From Minisyncoccia bacterium (GTDB lineage: Bacteria; Patescibacteriota; Minisyncoccia; Phycocordibacterales; UBA9973): a stretch of 64,000 nt of DNA. A program made the position numbers and the translations under genes. Under the pieces are notes generated by a model. The model made no database searches. It had not been told where the DNA came from and worked only from the letters and a program-made list of their open reading frames with translations. The DNA lies in assembly GCA_038249055.1 (NCBI GenBank), contig JBBRWS010000004.1, positions 17,939 through 81,938 of the forward strand, in the 5' to 3' direction. Below, piece by piece: positions 56,721 through 64,000 of this stretch (position 1 is the stretch's first letter; the number at the start of each line of letters is the position of its first letter).

Positions 56721-58214
56721 ATGATAGATAATAGTAAAAATTCTAATAAAAAAGTTGTTACTCGTTTTGCGCCCTCTCCAACAGGATTTGTTCATGTTGG
56801 TAACATACGCACGGCACTTTATGCTTGGGCCTTTGCAAAGAAAAATAATGGTACTTTTATTTTAAGAATAGAAGATACAGATAAGTCTAGAGAGGTAGAA
56901 GGTTCTATTGGTCATGTTATGGCCTCTTTAAAATGGCTTGGAATAGAATGGAACGAAGGACCAGATATTGGTGGACCAAATGCTCCATATAAACAATCAG
57001 AAAGATTAGATTCATATAAAAAATATGCAAAAATTTTAGTAGAGAAAGGTCTAGCTTATGCTGATCCGTACACAGAAGAAGAAGTAGAAATATTTAGAAA
57101 AAAAGCAGACGAAGAAAAAAGACCATTCTTATATAGAGATCATAGACCTGACAATCCACCAATTTGGGATGGAACTCAACCTCTACGTTTCAAAGTTCCA
57201 ATAATAAAGAGTTATGAATGGGAAGACTTAGTTAGAGGGCATTTAAAAGCTGGGCCTGAAGCCTTGGATGATTTTATTTTAATTAAAGGTGATGGATATC
57301 CAACATACAACTTTGCTCATATTATAGATGACCTAGAAATGGGAGTTACTCATATAATGCGTGGGGATGAATTTATATCATCAACTCCAAAGTTTTTATC
57401 AATATATGACGCACTTGAGATAAAAAGACCCGAGTTCGTTATGTTACCTCCAATAATGGGCTCTGAAGGTAAAAAAAAATTAGGCAAAAGAGATGGGGCT
57501 AAAGATTTCTTGGAATACGAAAAAGAGGGTTATTTACCAGATGCTATGATAAATTTCTTAGCTTTTATAGGATGGAATCATGGCGATGAAAAAGAAATTC
57601 TAACCCCGGATGAATTTATAAATCTATTTGATATAAAACAAATTCATATTAGTGGTGGTCAATTTAATGAAGAAAAATTAGATTGGATAAATCATGAACA
57701 TCTAAAATTACTAACACTTGAAAAACAAGAAGAATATATATCAAAATATATCCCTGATAATATTAAAAGTCTACCTAATTATTCAAGAGATATTTTACAC
57801 AACATCACCCCTATAGTTATAGAAAGGATTAAAAATGGAAAAGAAATATTAGAAATGGCAAATAATGGTGACCTAACTTATTTCTTTAGCGAGCCAACTT
57901 ATTCAAAAGATTCTTTATTTTTTAAATCATCAAAAATACCAGAGGATAATAAATACGAAATACTTTCGTCATATATTACAAACTTCATTTCTTTATTGGA
58001 TGAAATTTCAGATTCTGATTTTAATAAAGAAAATATTAAAAATAAAATTTGGGCATATGCAGAGGAGGTTGGACGAGGTGATATTCTTTGGCCAATGCGT
58101 TTTGCATTATCAGGAGTAGATAAATCACCTGACCCTTTTGTTTTAGCTTCTATTCTTGGTAAAAATGAAACTATCAGTCGCTTAAAAAATGCGATAAAAA
58201 TACTTAAAATATAG
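56721..58214 (+). CDS. gltX: glutamyl-tRNA synthetase
   Basis: VTRFAPSPTGFVHVGNIRTALYAW; KMSKS-equivalent region. Confidence 0.9.
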   Translation: MIDNSKNSNKKVVTRFAPSPTGFVHVGNIRTALYAWAFAKKNNGTFILRIEDTDKSREVEGSIGHVMASLKWLGIEWNEGPDIGGPNAPYKQSERLDSYKKYAKILVEKGLAYADPYTEEEVEIFRKKADEEKRPFLYRDHRPDNPPIWDGTQPLRFKVPIIKSYEWEDLVRGHLKAGPEALDDFILIKGDGYPTYNFAHIIDDLEMGVTHIMRGDEFISSTPKFLSIYDALEIKRPEFVMLPPIMGSEGKKKLGKRDGAKDFLEYEKEGYLPDAMINFLAFIGWNHGDEKEILTPDEFINLFDIKQIHISGGQFNEEKLDWINHEHLKLLTLEKQEEYISKYIPDNIKSLPNYSRDILHNITPIVIERIKNGKEILEMANNGDLTYFFSEPTYSKDSLFFKSSKIPEDNKYEILSSYITNFISLLDEISDSDFNKENIKNKIWAYAEEVGRGDILWPMRFALSGVDKSPDPFVLASILGKNETISRLKNAIKILKI

Positions 58215-58231
58215 TATAATGTAAAGAGTTA

Positions 58232-59506
58232 ATGAAAAAATTAATACTTTATATACTAATAATAGCTATTTATGCATCGATATTTCCATATCAGGTGCTT
58301 GCTTTGACTGCAACTGAAGTACGCAATCAAATAGAAGAAGCTAATAAGCAAATAGAAGCACTTGATAAAGAGATTAAGCAATATCAATCACAAATAACAC
58401 AAACAAGTTCTCAAAAAAATACTTTGTCTAATTTAATAAAAGAACTTACTTTAACAAGAAGCAAATTAATTAAAGAGAAAGAACAAATACAAAAAAAAAT
58501 TACAGCTACTGGTTTAATAATTAAAGATATTTCCGGTGATATAACTGAAAAAGAAAAATCTATAAATATATCTAAAGAATCATTGGCTCAAATGATAAAT
58601 AGTTTAAATCAAAATGATAATGTACCAATAGTAGAAAGATTGCTTTCAGTAAATGATTTTACTGATTTTAGTAGAGAATATAACAATATTATTACTTTAA
58701 ATGAAAAAATCAGGGAAAATATAGTAAATGTATCTTTAAAAAAGAAAGAGCTTTTAACTTCAAAAGTTCAAAAAGAAGGCGAGCAACAAAATTTAAACTC
58801 ACTTAAAAGCAATCTACTGCAAAAAGAACAAATAGTAGCAATTGCAAAAAAAGAAAAAGATTCTTTGTTGAGTCAAACAAAGAACAAAGAAGCTGAATAC
58901 CAGAAACTCCTAGCGGAAAAAATTAAGATTCGAGATGCTTTTGATAAAGCATTAGAAGATTATGAAGCTCAACTGTATTTTATTTTAAACCCAAAACTTA
59001 TACCAAAAGAAGGTTCGGGTGTATTATCTTGGCCTCTAAAATATATACTGATAACTTCTCAATATGGTGCTAGGTGGGGTAAATTTCATTATGGATTAGA
59101 TTTTAGAGCAGCAGTCGGAACACAAGTTACCGCTATGGCAACCGGAGTTGTAGAGGGCACAGGAGATACAGACATTGCTTGTAAGGGTGCCTCTTTTGGA
59201 AAATGGGTGTTTATAAAATACAATAATGGATTATCAAGTACCTATGGCCATTTATCTGTAATAACAGCTAAGGTTGGACAAAGTGTTAAAGCAGGAGATA
59301 CAGTTGGGCTTTCTGGAAATACAGGCTCATCAACAGGCCCACACTTACACGTAGCAGTTTACGCTTCAGATGGAGTAAAAGTAGATACAGTTCCAAGTAA
59401 AAGTTGTAATGGTAAAATATTTACCCAACCAATAGCAGCACTAAGTGCATATTTAAATCCTGGATCATATTTACCTAAAATAACCCCATTGATGGTTAAA
59501 AAATAA
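58232..59506 (+). CDS. M23-family peptidase with an N-terminal coiled coil (EnvC-like)
   Basis: HYGLDFRAAVGTQV and GNTGSSTGPHLHVAVY. Confidence 0.85.
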   Translation: MKKLILYILIIAIYASIFPYQVLALTATEVRNQIEEANKQIEALDKEIKQYQSQITQTSSQKNTLSNLIKELTLTRSKLIKEKEQIQKKITATGLIIKDISGDITEKEKSINISKESLAQMINSLNQNDNVPIVERLLSVNDFTDFSREYNNIITLNEKIRENIVNVSLKKKELLTSKVQKEGEQQNLNSLKSNLLQKEQIVAIAKKEKDSLLSQTKNKEAEYQKLLAEKIKIRDAFDKALEDYEAQLYFILNPKLIPKEGSGVLSWPLKYILITSQYGARWGKFHYGLDFRAAVGTQVTAMATGVVEGTGDTDIACKGASFGKWVFIKYNNGLSSTYGHLSVITAKVGQSVKAGDTVGLSGNTGSSTGPHLHVAVYASDGVKVDTVPSKSCNGKIFTQPIAALSAYLNPGSYLPKITPLMVKK

Positions 59507-59521
59507 CATTTTTTATTTTTA

Positions 59522-59863
59522 GTGTGGTATAATAAAATCACATACATGAACGACGACGAAAGAAAACCTAAAATACACATACATACTGGAGGATTAATTA
59601 TTTTAATTATAATTCTTATAGTGTTATTTAAAGTTGATATTCTTTCAACTGTAAAATCTCCACAATTTCAAAAAAACATTACATATATAACTGAAAAAAC
59701 AAAAGACATTTGGGAAAATGGTATTATGGAACCATTTAAAACAAGATTATTTGATCCAATCGTTAATGCAGGAAATGATAACATTGAAAAGCTACAAAAT
59801 GGTATAAAAAATAATGTCATTAAAGTAACATCTGAAGAAGATGTACAAAAAATTTTAGATTAA
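59522..59863 (+). CDS. hypothetical small membrane protein
   Basis: An ORF with a TM segment LIILIIILIVLF, followed by a terminator. Confidence 0.4.
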   Translation: MWYNKITYMNDDERKPKIHIHTGGLIILIIILIVLFKVDILSTVKSPQFQKNITYITEKTKDIWENGIMEPFKTRLFDPIVNAGNDNIEKLQNGIKNNVIKVTSEEDVQKILD

Positions 59864-59893
59864 AATCACTATTGAATTTAATAGTGATTTTTT
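59863..59893 (+). terminator. rho-independent terminator
   Basis: aaatcactatt gaattt aatagtgattt ttt. Confidence 0.7.
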
Positions 59894-60074
59894 GTGCCCG
59901 AGGTGGGATATCTTTCTCTATGAGAGCGGGACCGCGAGTACGCTTATCGAATACTACGTAGCCACCCAGTAGGTCATTCTGCTAAATGAGGTATTTCGCT
60001 CTGGTTAACACCAGAGAACGAAAAGTCTTTCGATTCCCACACGCAAGCCAAGCAGTTGGCTTGCTCTCGGGCAC
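59894..60074. other. tRNA-Leu-derived mosaic tRNA-like element (pseudo-tRNA or integration scar)
   Basis: ttgtgcccgaggtggga (59892-59908) is an exact direct repeat of 60108-60124, which is the reverse complement of the tRNA-Leu 3' end. The 3' part contains TTCGATTCCCAC...CTCGGGCAC, complementary to the 5' GTGCCCGAG. Confidence 0.4.
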
Positions 60075-60109
60075 AATAAAAAAACACGGCTTACACCGTG
60101 ATTTTTATT
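60075..60109. terminator. bidirectional hairpin (A run - cacgg/ccgtg - T run) directly downstream of tRNA-Leu
   Basis: aataaaaaaacacggcttacaccgtgatttttatt. Confidence 0.7.
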
Positions 60110-60110
60110 G

Positions 60111-60192
60111 TGCCCGAGGTGGGAATCGAACCCACATCCCTTACGAGACACGATTTTAAGTCGTGCGCGTATACCAGTTCCGCCACTCGGGC
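60111..60192 (-). tRNA. tRNA-Leu (anticodon UAA), type II with a long variable arm; CCA not encoded
   Basis: Reverse complement gives GCCCGAGTGGCGGAACTGGTATACGCGCACGACTTAAAATCGTGTCTCGTAAGGGATGTGGGTTCGATTCCCACCTCGGGCA. It has a 7-bp acceptor stem, anticodon loop CUUAAAA, T-loop TTCGATT and discriminator A. Confidence 0.85.
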
Positions 60193-60270
60193 AATTCGTT
60201 TTAAACACTAAAACACATTCATATAATTACATAATTTTCAAAAAATTACAAATTTTGATATACTCAACAT

Positions 60271-61686
60271 ATGTCAAAACAGTATTACACAACAATAGGG
60301 CTTGAAGTACACGCAGAATTAAACACTAAATCTAAAATGTTTTGTGGTTGTATAAATAACCCCGATGAAAAAACTCCAAATGTAAATATTTGTCCTATAT
60401 GTATGGCTCACCCTGGTACATTACCAGTGATTAATAAAAAAGCAGTAGAAAGTGTTGTAAAAGTTGGATTAGCTTTAGGTGCAAATATTGCAGACTTTAC
60501 AGAATTCGACCGAAAAAATTATTTTTACCCAGACATACCAAAAGCATATCAGATATCCCAATATAAATTTCCTATAGTATCAGGTGGTAAATTAAATGGA
60601 ATAGATATAACACGAGTTCATTTAGAAGAGGACACTGCTACATCAAAACATGATAAGGGAGATTATTCTCTTGTTGATTTTAATCGTGCCGGTGTACCCT
60701 TAATGGAGTTAGTAACAGAACCAGTAATTCACTCATCAAAAGAAGCGGGTGATTTTGGAAGAGAACTTCAGTTGCTTTTAAAATATCTTGGTGTTTCAGA
60801 AGCAAATATGGAGAAGGGTCAAATGCGAGTAGAGTTAAATATTTCAATTTCAGAAGATAAAGATAAACTTGGAACCAAATGTGAGGTTAAAAATATAAAT
60901 TCTTTTAAGGCTGTTGAAAGAGCTGCTGAATATGAAATAAAAAGAATGACTGAACTTCTTGATAGTAACCGCGCTCATGAAATAGTTCAGGAAACTCGTG
61001 GATGGGATGAAAACAAACAATCAACTTTTTCTCAACGCTCAAAAGAAAATGCAAATGATTATAGATATTTTCCGGATCCAGATTTACCAAAATTATTTTT
61101 AGCTAAAGTATTTAGTAATGAAGAAATTAAAAGTAAATTACCAGAACTCCCTGAGGCAAAAAGAAATAGATACCGAAATGATTACGGAATTAAAGATGAG
61201 GATATAGAAAGCTATATAACTGATCAAGAACTAGGTACATGGTTTGAGGAAGTTGCACATATTTTAAATGATAAAAATAAAATAAAAAATTCATCAAATT
61301 ATATAACTTCAGACTATTTGGGGCTAAAAAAAATAAATAGTAATATTAAATTACCAAACCCAAAGAATTTTTCTGAATTAATTGAAATGGTTAGCGACGG
61401 AAGAGTTTCATCTAGAGGGGCTAAAGATATTTTAGCTTTAATTGTATTAAATGATGAATCACCATTAAAAATTGCAGAGGAAAAAGGTTTTATTCAAAAT
61501 CACGATGAAGGTGCTCTGAAAGAGATTGTTCAAAAAATTATAGATTTAAATCCTGAAGTTGTTGCTACTTATAAAGGAGGCAAAGAAAATGCAATAATGT
61601 CACTTGTTGGCCAAGTTATGAAAGAATCACATGGTTCAGCCAATCCAGGATTGGTCCAAAAAATATTAAAAGAATTACTTGCTTAA
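60271..61686 (+). CDS. gatB: Asp-tRNA(Asn)/Glu-tRNA(Gln) amidotransferase subunit B
   Basis: YYTTIGLEVHAELNTKSKMFCGC. Confidence 0.95.
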   Translation: MSKQYYTTIGLEVHAELNTKSKMFCGCINNPDEKTPNVNICPICMAHPGTLPVINKKAVESVVKVGLALGANIADFTEFDRKNYFYPDIPKAYQISQYKFPIVSGGKLNGIDITRVHLEEDTATSKHDKGDYSLVDFNRAGVPLMELVTEPVIHSSKEAGDFGRELQLLLKYLGVSEANMEKGQMRVELNISISEDKDKLGTKCEVKNINSFKAVERAAEYEIKRMTELLDSNRAHEIVQETRGWDENKQSTFSQRSKENANDYRYFPDPDLPKLFLAKVFSNEEIKSKLPELPEAKRNRYRNDYGIKDEDIESYITDQELGTWFEEVAHILNDKNKIKNSSNYITSDYLGLKKINSNIKLPNPKNFSELIEMVSDGRVSSRGAKDILALIVLNDESPLKIAEEKGFIQNHDEGALKEIVQKIIDLNPEVVATYKGGKENAIMSLVGQVMKESHGSANPGLVQKILKELLA

Positions 61687-61912
61687 AATGAAAGAGGAAA
61701 TAAAACTAGGTAAATATAGACATTATAAGGGACATATTTGCCAAGTTATTGGAGTAGCTCACAATAGTGAAGACCTTAACCAAAAACTCGTAATATATTT
61801 TCATCCTGACGAAAATGGAATCAATCAACTCTGGGCCAGACCAATCGAAATGTTTCAAGAAAATATAGATACCGATACTTATAAAGGACCTCGATTTAAA
61901 TATTTAGACTAA
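61679..61912 (+). CDS. DUF1653-family small protein
   Basis: YRHYKGHICQVIGVAHNSEDLNQKLVIYF...LWARPIEMF. It overlaps gatB by 8 nt. Confidence 0.55.
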   Translation: MLKMKEEIKLGKYRHYKGHICQVIGVAHNSEDLNQKLVIYFHPDENGINQLWARPIEMFQENIDTDTYKGPRFKYLD

Positions 61913-61930
61913 AAAATACCGGAGAAATTT

Positions 61931-61965
61931 CTCCGGTATTTTATATTTTAAGCTTATTAGATTAA
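61931..61965. terminator. bidirectional terminator between convergent genes
   Basis: aaaaaataccggagaaatttctccggtatttt. Confidence 0.85.
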
Positions 61966-62307
61966 GGACATTAAATATGGTAAATCATCATCTATATCAA
62001 TCTTTCGAATACAACCATCTATATTTTTTAATTCAAGAGGTAATTCGTTTGTGTAAATATAAATTTTATTTTTTTTATTTACTCTTTTTGTAATTGCTGC
62101 CAATTTTTCAAAACCTAATGGTTTATCGAAAATAAATACTACATAATTACCCCCTGGCATATTATGCCTAACCATATCTATAGCATTTTCACAATTTCTA
62201 TAAAATAAAAAAACTTTTTCATTTTTTAAATATCTTTTACTAATTTTAGGCGATGTTTTAACAAAACCATCTGTAATAACAAAAAGAACTTTTTTATCTA
62301 CTATCAT
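61957..62307 (-). CDS. stand-alone receiver-like (CheY-fold) domain protein, start at MIVDKK; divergent motifs
   Basis: KVLFVITDG...YVVFIFDKPLGFEKL...IYIYT follows the receiver-domain pattern with the acidic pocket and phospho-Asp position conserved. Weak. Confidence 0.35.
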   Translation of the reverse strand: MIVDKKVLFVITDGFVKTSPKISKRYLKNEKVFLFYRNCENAIDMVRHNMPGGNYVVFIFDKPLGFEKLAAITKRVNKKNKIYIYTNELPLELKNIDGCIRKIDIDDDLPYLMSLI

Positions 62308-62367
62308 CTTAAATAATTTAAAGTAAAATTTAATAAAGATTAACATAAAACAATGCATTGTCAAAAT

Positions 62368-62396
62368 TTTTGTTTTAATTACTAAATTGGTATAAT
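62368..62396 (+). promoter_or_regulatory. promoter with an extended -10 (TGGTATAAT) upstream of gap
   Basis: TGgTATAAT at 62388-62396 with a weak -35. This argues for the gap start at 62425, not 62395. Confidence 0.45.
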
Positions 62397-62424
62397 GACT
62401 TTATATAATTTAACAGATTTATTT

Positions 62425-63453
62425 ATGGATAAAAAATTAAAAGTAGCTATCAATGGTTTTGGAAGAATAGGTCGCGCATTTTTAAAAATTGCATGGGAAA
62501 GAAATGATATTGAAATAGTGGCCATAAATGACCTCGGCTCCATTGAAAGTCTTTCTTACTTACTTCGTCATGATACTGTTTATCGTAATTGGGGTCACAA
62601 AGTAGAAGTTGTGGGTACCGACTTAGTTATTGATGATAAAGTAGTTAAATTTATTTCAGAAAAAGATACCACAAAACTTCCTTGGAGTGTTTTAGGAATT
62701 GATGTAGTTGTTGAATCAACAGGTTTATTTACTTCTTTTGATAAAGCAAAATTCCATATTGAACAGGGCGCTAAAAAAGTTGTTATAAGTGCTCCCTCAA
62801 AAGGTTCAGAAAGCGAAACTCATGGAGAAACTATTCTTCTTGGTGTAAATGAAGAAAAATTTGGTACTTGTGATATTACTTCAAATGCATCTTGCACTAC
62901 AAACGCAGCTAGCCCTATTATTGCAATAATGCATGAATCAATAGGAGTGGAGAAAGCAATATTAAATACAGTACACGGATATACTGCTACTCAATCACTC
63001 GTTGATGGTCCAAGTAAGAAAGACCTCAGAGAAGGACGCGCTGCGGCTCAGAACATTATTCCTTCTTCCACTGGTGCAGCAATTGCCGTTACAGAAGCTT
63101 TTCCAGTTCTAAAAGGATTATTTGATGGTATATCTATACGAGTACCTGTCCCAGCTGGTTCTATTGTCGATATAACATTTATAGCAAAGAGAGATACCAC
63201 TAAAGAAGAAATAAATGAAATAATGAAAAAAGCAGCGCTTGACCCTCGATGGGAAAAATTATTTGCAGTTACTGAAGACCATCTTGTTTCTTCAGATATA
63301 TTAGGTGAAAGTCATGCTTCAATTGCAGATTTAGAATTAACTCGTGTTGTAGGAGGAAATTTAGTAAAAGTCATGGGCTGGTATGATAATGAAATGGGGT
63401 ATACATATACACTCATTGACCATGTAATTAAAACTGGAAATACAATTAAATAA
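62425..63453 (+). CDS. gap: glyceraldehyde-3-phosphate dehydrogenase
   Basis: KVAINGFGRIGR and the catalytic ASCTTN. Confidence 0.9.
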   Translation: MDKKLKVAINGFGRIGRAFLKIAWERNDIEIVAINDLGSIESLSYLLRHDTVYRNWGHKVEVVGTDLVIDDKVVKFISEKDTTKLPWSVLGIDVVVESTGLFTSFDKAKFHIEQGAKKVVISAPSKGSESETHGETILLGVNEEKFGTCDITSNASCTTNAASPIIAIMHESIGVEKAILNTVHGYTATQSLVDGPSKKDLREGRAAAQNIIPSSTGAAIAVTEAFPVLKGLFDGISIRVPVPAGSIVDITFIAKRDTTKEEINEIMKKAALDPRWEKLFAVTEDHLVSSDILGESHASIADLELTRVVGGNLVKVMGWYDNEMGYTYTLIDHVIKTGNTIK

Positions 63454-63460
63454 ATTTTAA

Positions 63461-63498
63461 AAAATACTATCCGGCACAATACCGGATAGTATTTTTTA
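63461..63498 (+). terminator. rho-independent terminator after gap
   Basis: atactatccgg cacaata ccggatagtat ttttt. Confidence 0.85.
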
Positions 63499-63590
63499 TT
63501 TCACAATATTTTTTAAAAAAAATCAAAGTATTAATATTCACGACTAGTAAAGAATTATTTTGTTAAATTTTTGACAAGAAATACTTTTTT

Positions 63591-63839
63591 ATGGTATTGT
63601 TCTTAAAAAACAAAAAGTGGAGGAAACTTATGATCACAGATCAAAGAATAGGCGAGATTGCCATGTTGTTAGTTCTTAAAACATTCGAAAATGTTGAAGG
63701 AGAAATCATCCCATATGATGAATTTGAAATTCTCATAAATGATGAAGAGGAATTAACAATGGCCCAAGTTATTGGAATTGAAATTTCAGAATATGTTGAA
63801 TTTCTGAAAGTTTTATATTCTAAAGCAAATGAATTATAA
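63591..63839 (+). CDS. hypothetical small acidic protein (possible start at 63630)
   Basis: ORF only. Confidence 0.35.
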   Translation: MVLFLKNKKWRKLMITDQRIGEIAMLLVLKTFENVEGEIIPYDEFEILINDEEELTMAQVIGIEISEYVEFLKVLYSKANEL

Positions 63840-63856
63840 GATCTAACATGGAATTA

Positions 63857-63886
63857 GGATACCCGCAAATTTGCGGGTATTTTTAT
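63857..63886. terminator. bidirectional terminator (22-bp perfect palindrome)
   Basis: atacccgcaaatttgcgggtat tttt. Confidence 0.8.
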
Positions 63887-64000
63887 ATTTCTCCCTTAAA
63901 TACAAAAGTTGCAGGACCCCGAAGTATTATTTCTCCTTTTTCATTTTCTGATAGATAAAGATTACCACCTGGAAATTCTAATGTTATTTCTTTTTTAAAA
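63883..64000 (-). CDS. 3' end of an unidentified minus-strand CDS (...EFPGGNLYLSENEKGEIILRGPATFVFKGEI*)
   Basis: Open frame running off the window edge, with its stop at 63883-63885. Confidence 0.3.
   Translation of the reverse strand, partial: FKKEITLEFPGGNLYLSENEKGEIILRGPATFVFKGEI

Noticed and set aside
59894-60074. tmRNA (ssrA) identity for the tRNA-like element.
   Set aside because: It is only ~181 nt, has no local T-arm next to the acceptor 3' strand, and no recognisable tag-peptide reading frame ending in a stop. The exact 17-nt duplication of the tRNA-Leu end fits a scar or pseudo-tRNA better.

Overview
This is a low-GC (~30%), gene-dense bacterial chromosome segment, and almost all of it is housekeeping. 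Evidence was limited to motif recognition in the supplied ORF translations and to reading the DNA directly; no searches or folding were run.

Housekeeping content:
- A ribosomal / RNAP-alpha cluster: infA-rpmJ-rpsM-rpsK-rpsD-rpoA-rplQ-rplM-rpsI.
- Chaperones grpE, dnaK and dnaJ, with a divergent PaaX-like regulator between grpE and dnaK.
- tRNA synthetases: a short-form alaS, trpS plus a divergent TrpRS-like paralog, cysS, an archaeal-type aspS behind a T-box leader, and gltX; also gatB and mnmA.
- Cell wall and division: mraY, ftsW/rodA, murG and an M23 peptidase.
- Replication and segregation: dnaB, recR, scpA, scpB.
- gap, rplU and one tRNA-Leu(UAA).

The gene content (short AlaRS, archaeal-type AspRS, a deoxyhypusine-synthase (DHS)-like gene, tiny intergenic spaces, many overlapping starts) suggests a Patescibacteria/CPR-like organism; this is inference only.

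The accessory regions are:
1. An arginine decarboxylase / DHS-like / agmatinase operon.
2. A tryptophan-themed neighbourhood: two TrpD-like proteins, BtpA, a YerC/TrpR-like protein, a histidine-decarboxylase-like enzyme, and the two TrpRS genes.
3. A ~7 kb block bracketed by a diverged duplication of a transporter gene's 5' end, carrying a Pol-beta nucleotidyltransferase plus an HPr-kinase-like P-loop protein.
4. A formyltransferase-like / multi-transmembrane histidine kinase operon.

Several non-coding signals were also seen. A covarying hairpin motif lies upstream of mnmA, dnaK and dnaJ. CTAG palindromes sit in the rpsK and dnaK leaders. A tRNA-Leu-derived mosaic element lies next to tRNA-Leu. 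Two related palindromic hairpins share 11-mers.
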